This document shows, piece after piece, positions 62,970-64,000 of a stretch of 64,000 bases of DNA. The notes beneath the pieces were generated by a model. The model had not been told where the DNA came from. It saw only the letters and a program-made list of their open reading frames with translations, and made no database searches. The stretch spans positions 84,072,001-84,136,000 of the forward strand of contig OZ336874.1 of NCBI GenBank assembly GCA_965287045.1. The letters are read 5' to 3'. Both the position numbers and the translations under genes were made by a program. The stretch comes from Carcharhinus amblyrhynchos. Its lineage: Eukaryota. Numbering within the stretch: the first letter of the stretch is position 1; every line of letters starts with the position of its first letter.

Positions 62970-63600
62970 ACAGTTAAACACAGGAGCTTGCGACATCCAA
63001 GTGTTCTGACACTGCATTGGAAGTCTTGTTCAGAAAGAGAGATGTCATGTACCTACAGGGAGATAGGGGCCTTCCAGACACAGGCAGTGGGAGCTGTTAA
63101 CTATGAAGGTTACTCTTTGGAGTCTGGCCCTGAAGACCAGGATGCAGTTTCACAAGAAGTTTACTGGCCTCTTGGGAAAGGTCAGTAAATGCAACTTCGA
63201 ATGCCATAACTATGCCACTAATCAACCATTGGTCAAAGCATCACACTCATTTTCACTCCTGTATCAGCCATCTACATCAATCAGTATTCGTATCTAATAT
63301 GTATCTGCTTTACCTTGGCCTCACACACACAGCACTGTTGCAAGCCTCAGACATCTAAACCTCATCACAGCTTGTCGGGGCTACTGTTAAACGATTACAG
63401 TCACATCACCCAAATATATTGCACAATATTCACTTAACCACCTCCCTTTTTCTTGCAGGCCAATGTGGCACACATAACTAGAGTTAACAGGAACCAACCA
63501 GAGATGGGACAGTATTCCAGCATGCCCAAATACCCTCACCCACGGAGGAGGCAATGCTGGCCAATACCTTGAAGGTCATTGATGAGGCCAGTGGCGAATG
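62970..63600 (+). mobile_element. Harbinger Myb/SANT-like accessory gene remnant (two exon-like blocks)
   Basis: SKCSDTALEVL..RKRDVMY, a later KKFTGLLGK followed by a GTCAGT donor at 63181, then acceptor TTTTTCTTGCAG (63458) and ANVAH. Confidence 0.55.
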
Positions 63601-64000
63601 GAATATGATAACATCATCATACTTCTTTCTCTTTCTCACACTCGACTTCATGCACAATGTCTTCTGACTGACAAGTTACAAATTGTATAAGCAGTGACAC
63701 TTACATTCCCCACTACTCTCACCTAAATCCTAGCTGTGTCAATTTTTTCATTCAAATTCCCAAGGTGTGCAGCCTGGCCATTCAGCAGAGAAACACAGAA
63801 TGGAAAATGAAGGCAAAGACATAATATCACTTGATTTAGTTAAAATTAAATTTTAATTCTTGGCTCCTCTCCCAATCTGTGTCTCTATTTTCAGCCTTCT
63901 ACACTGTTCCGATGAAGCTCAAAAGAAGTTCAAGGAAGGCAACCACATCTTTCAATGAGGCAATTTACAATCATCCAAACACACCATTGAGTTCAACAGT

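Noticed and set aside
63440-63600. Next MCTP exon after the strong acceptor TTTTTCTTGCAG
   Set aside because: Translation does not resemble the expected ESEKKG..QE/DV sequence and fits the second block of a Harbinger Myb-like gene

Overview
Vertebrate genomic DNA, most likely an elasmobranch (shark): it carries HE1-type V-SINEs, Deu-domain SINEs and abundant CR1, Rex1, Penelope, hAT and Harbinger repeats. The window lies inside one large + strand gene of the MCTP (multiple C2 and transmembrane domain) family. I found only two coding exons, 22406-22525 and 59748-59807, separated by a ~37.2 kb intron. The rest is intronic and dominated by nested transposable elements, so almost all ORF-track entries are TE fragments or noise. 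The most interesting observations are: (i) a young CR1 LINE with a long, structured 3' UTR holding a B-box-less V-SINE and an intron-like segment spanning the ORF2 stop; (ii) a tRNA-headed SINE whose body matches the 5' region of a CR1-group LINE, seen here joined to the endonuclease start; (iii) minimal hammerhead-like motifs and inverted pLTR/tail structures in Penelope-like elements; (iv) a very young CR1 family present four times; (v) a small hAT deletion derivative with a perfect 8-bp TSD. Family names come from recalled motifs, not database searches, and boundaries of old elements are approximate.
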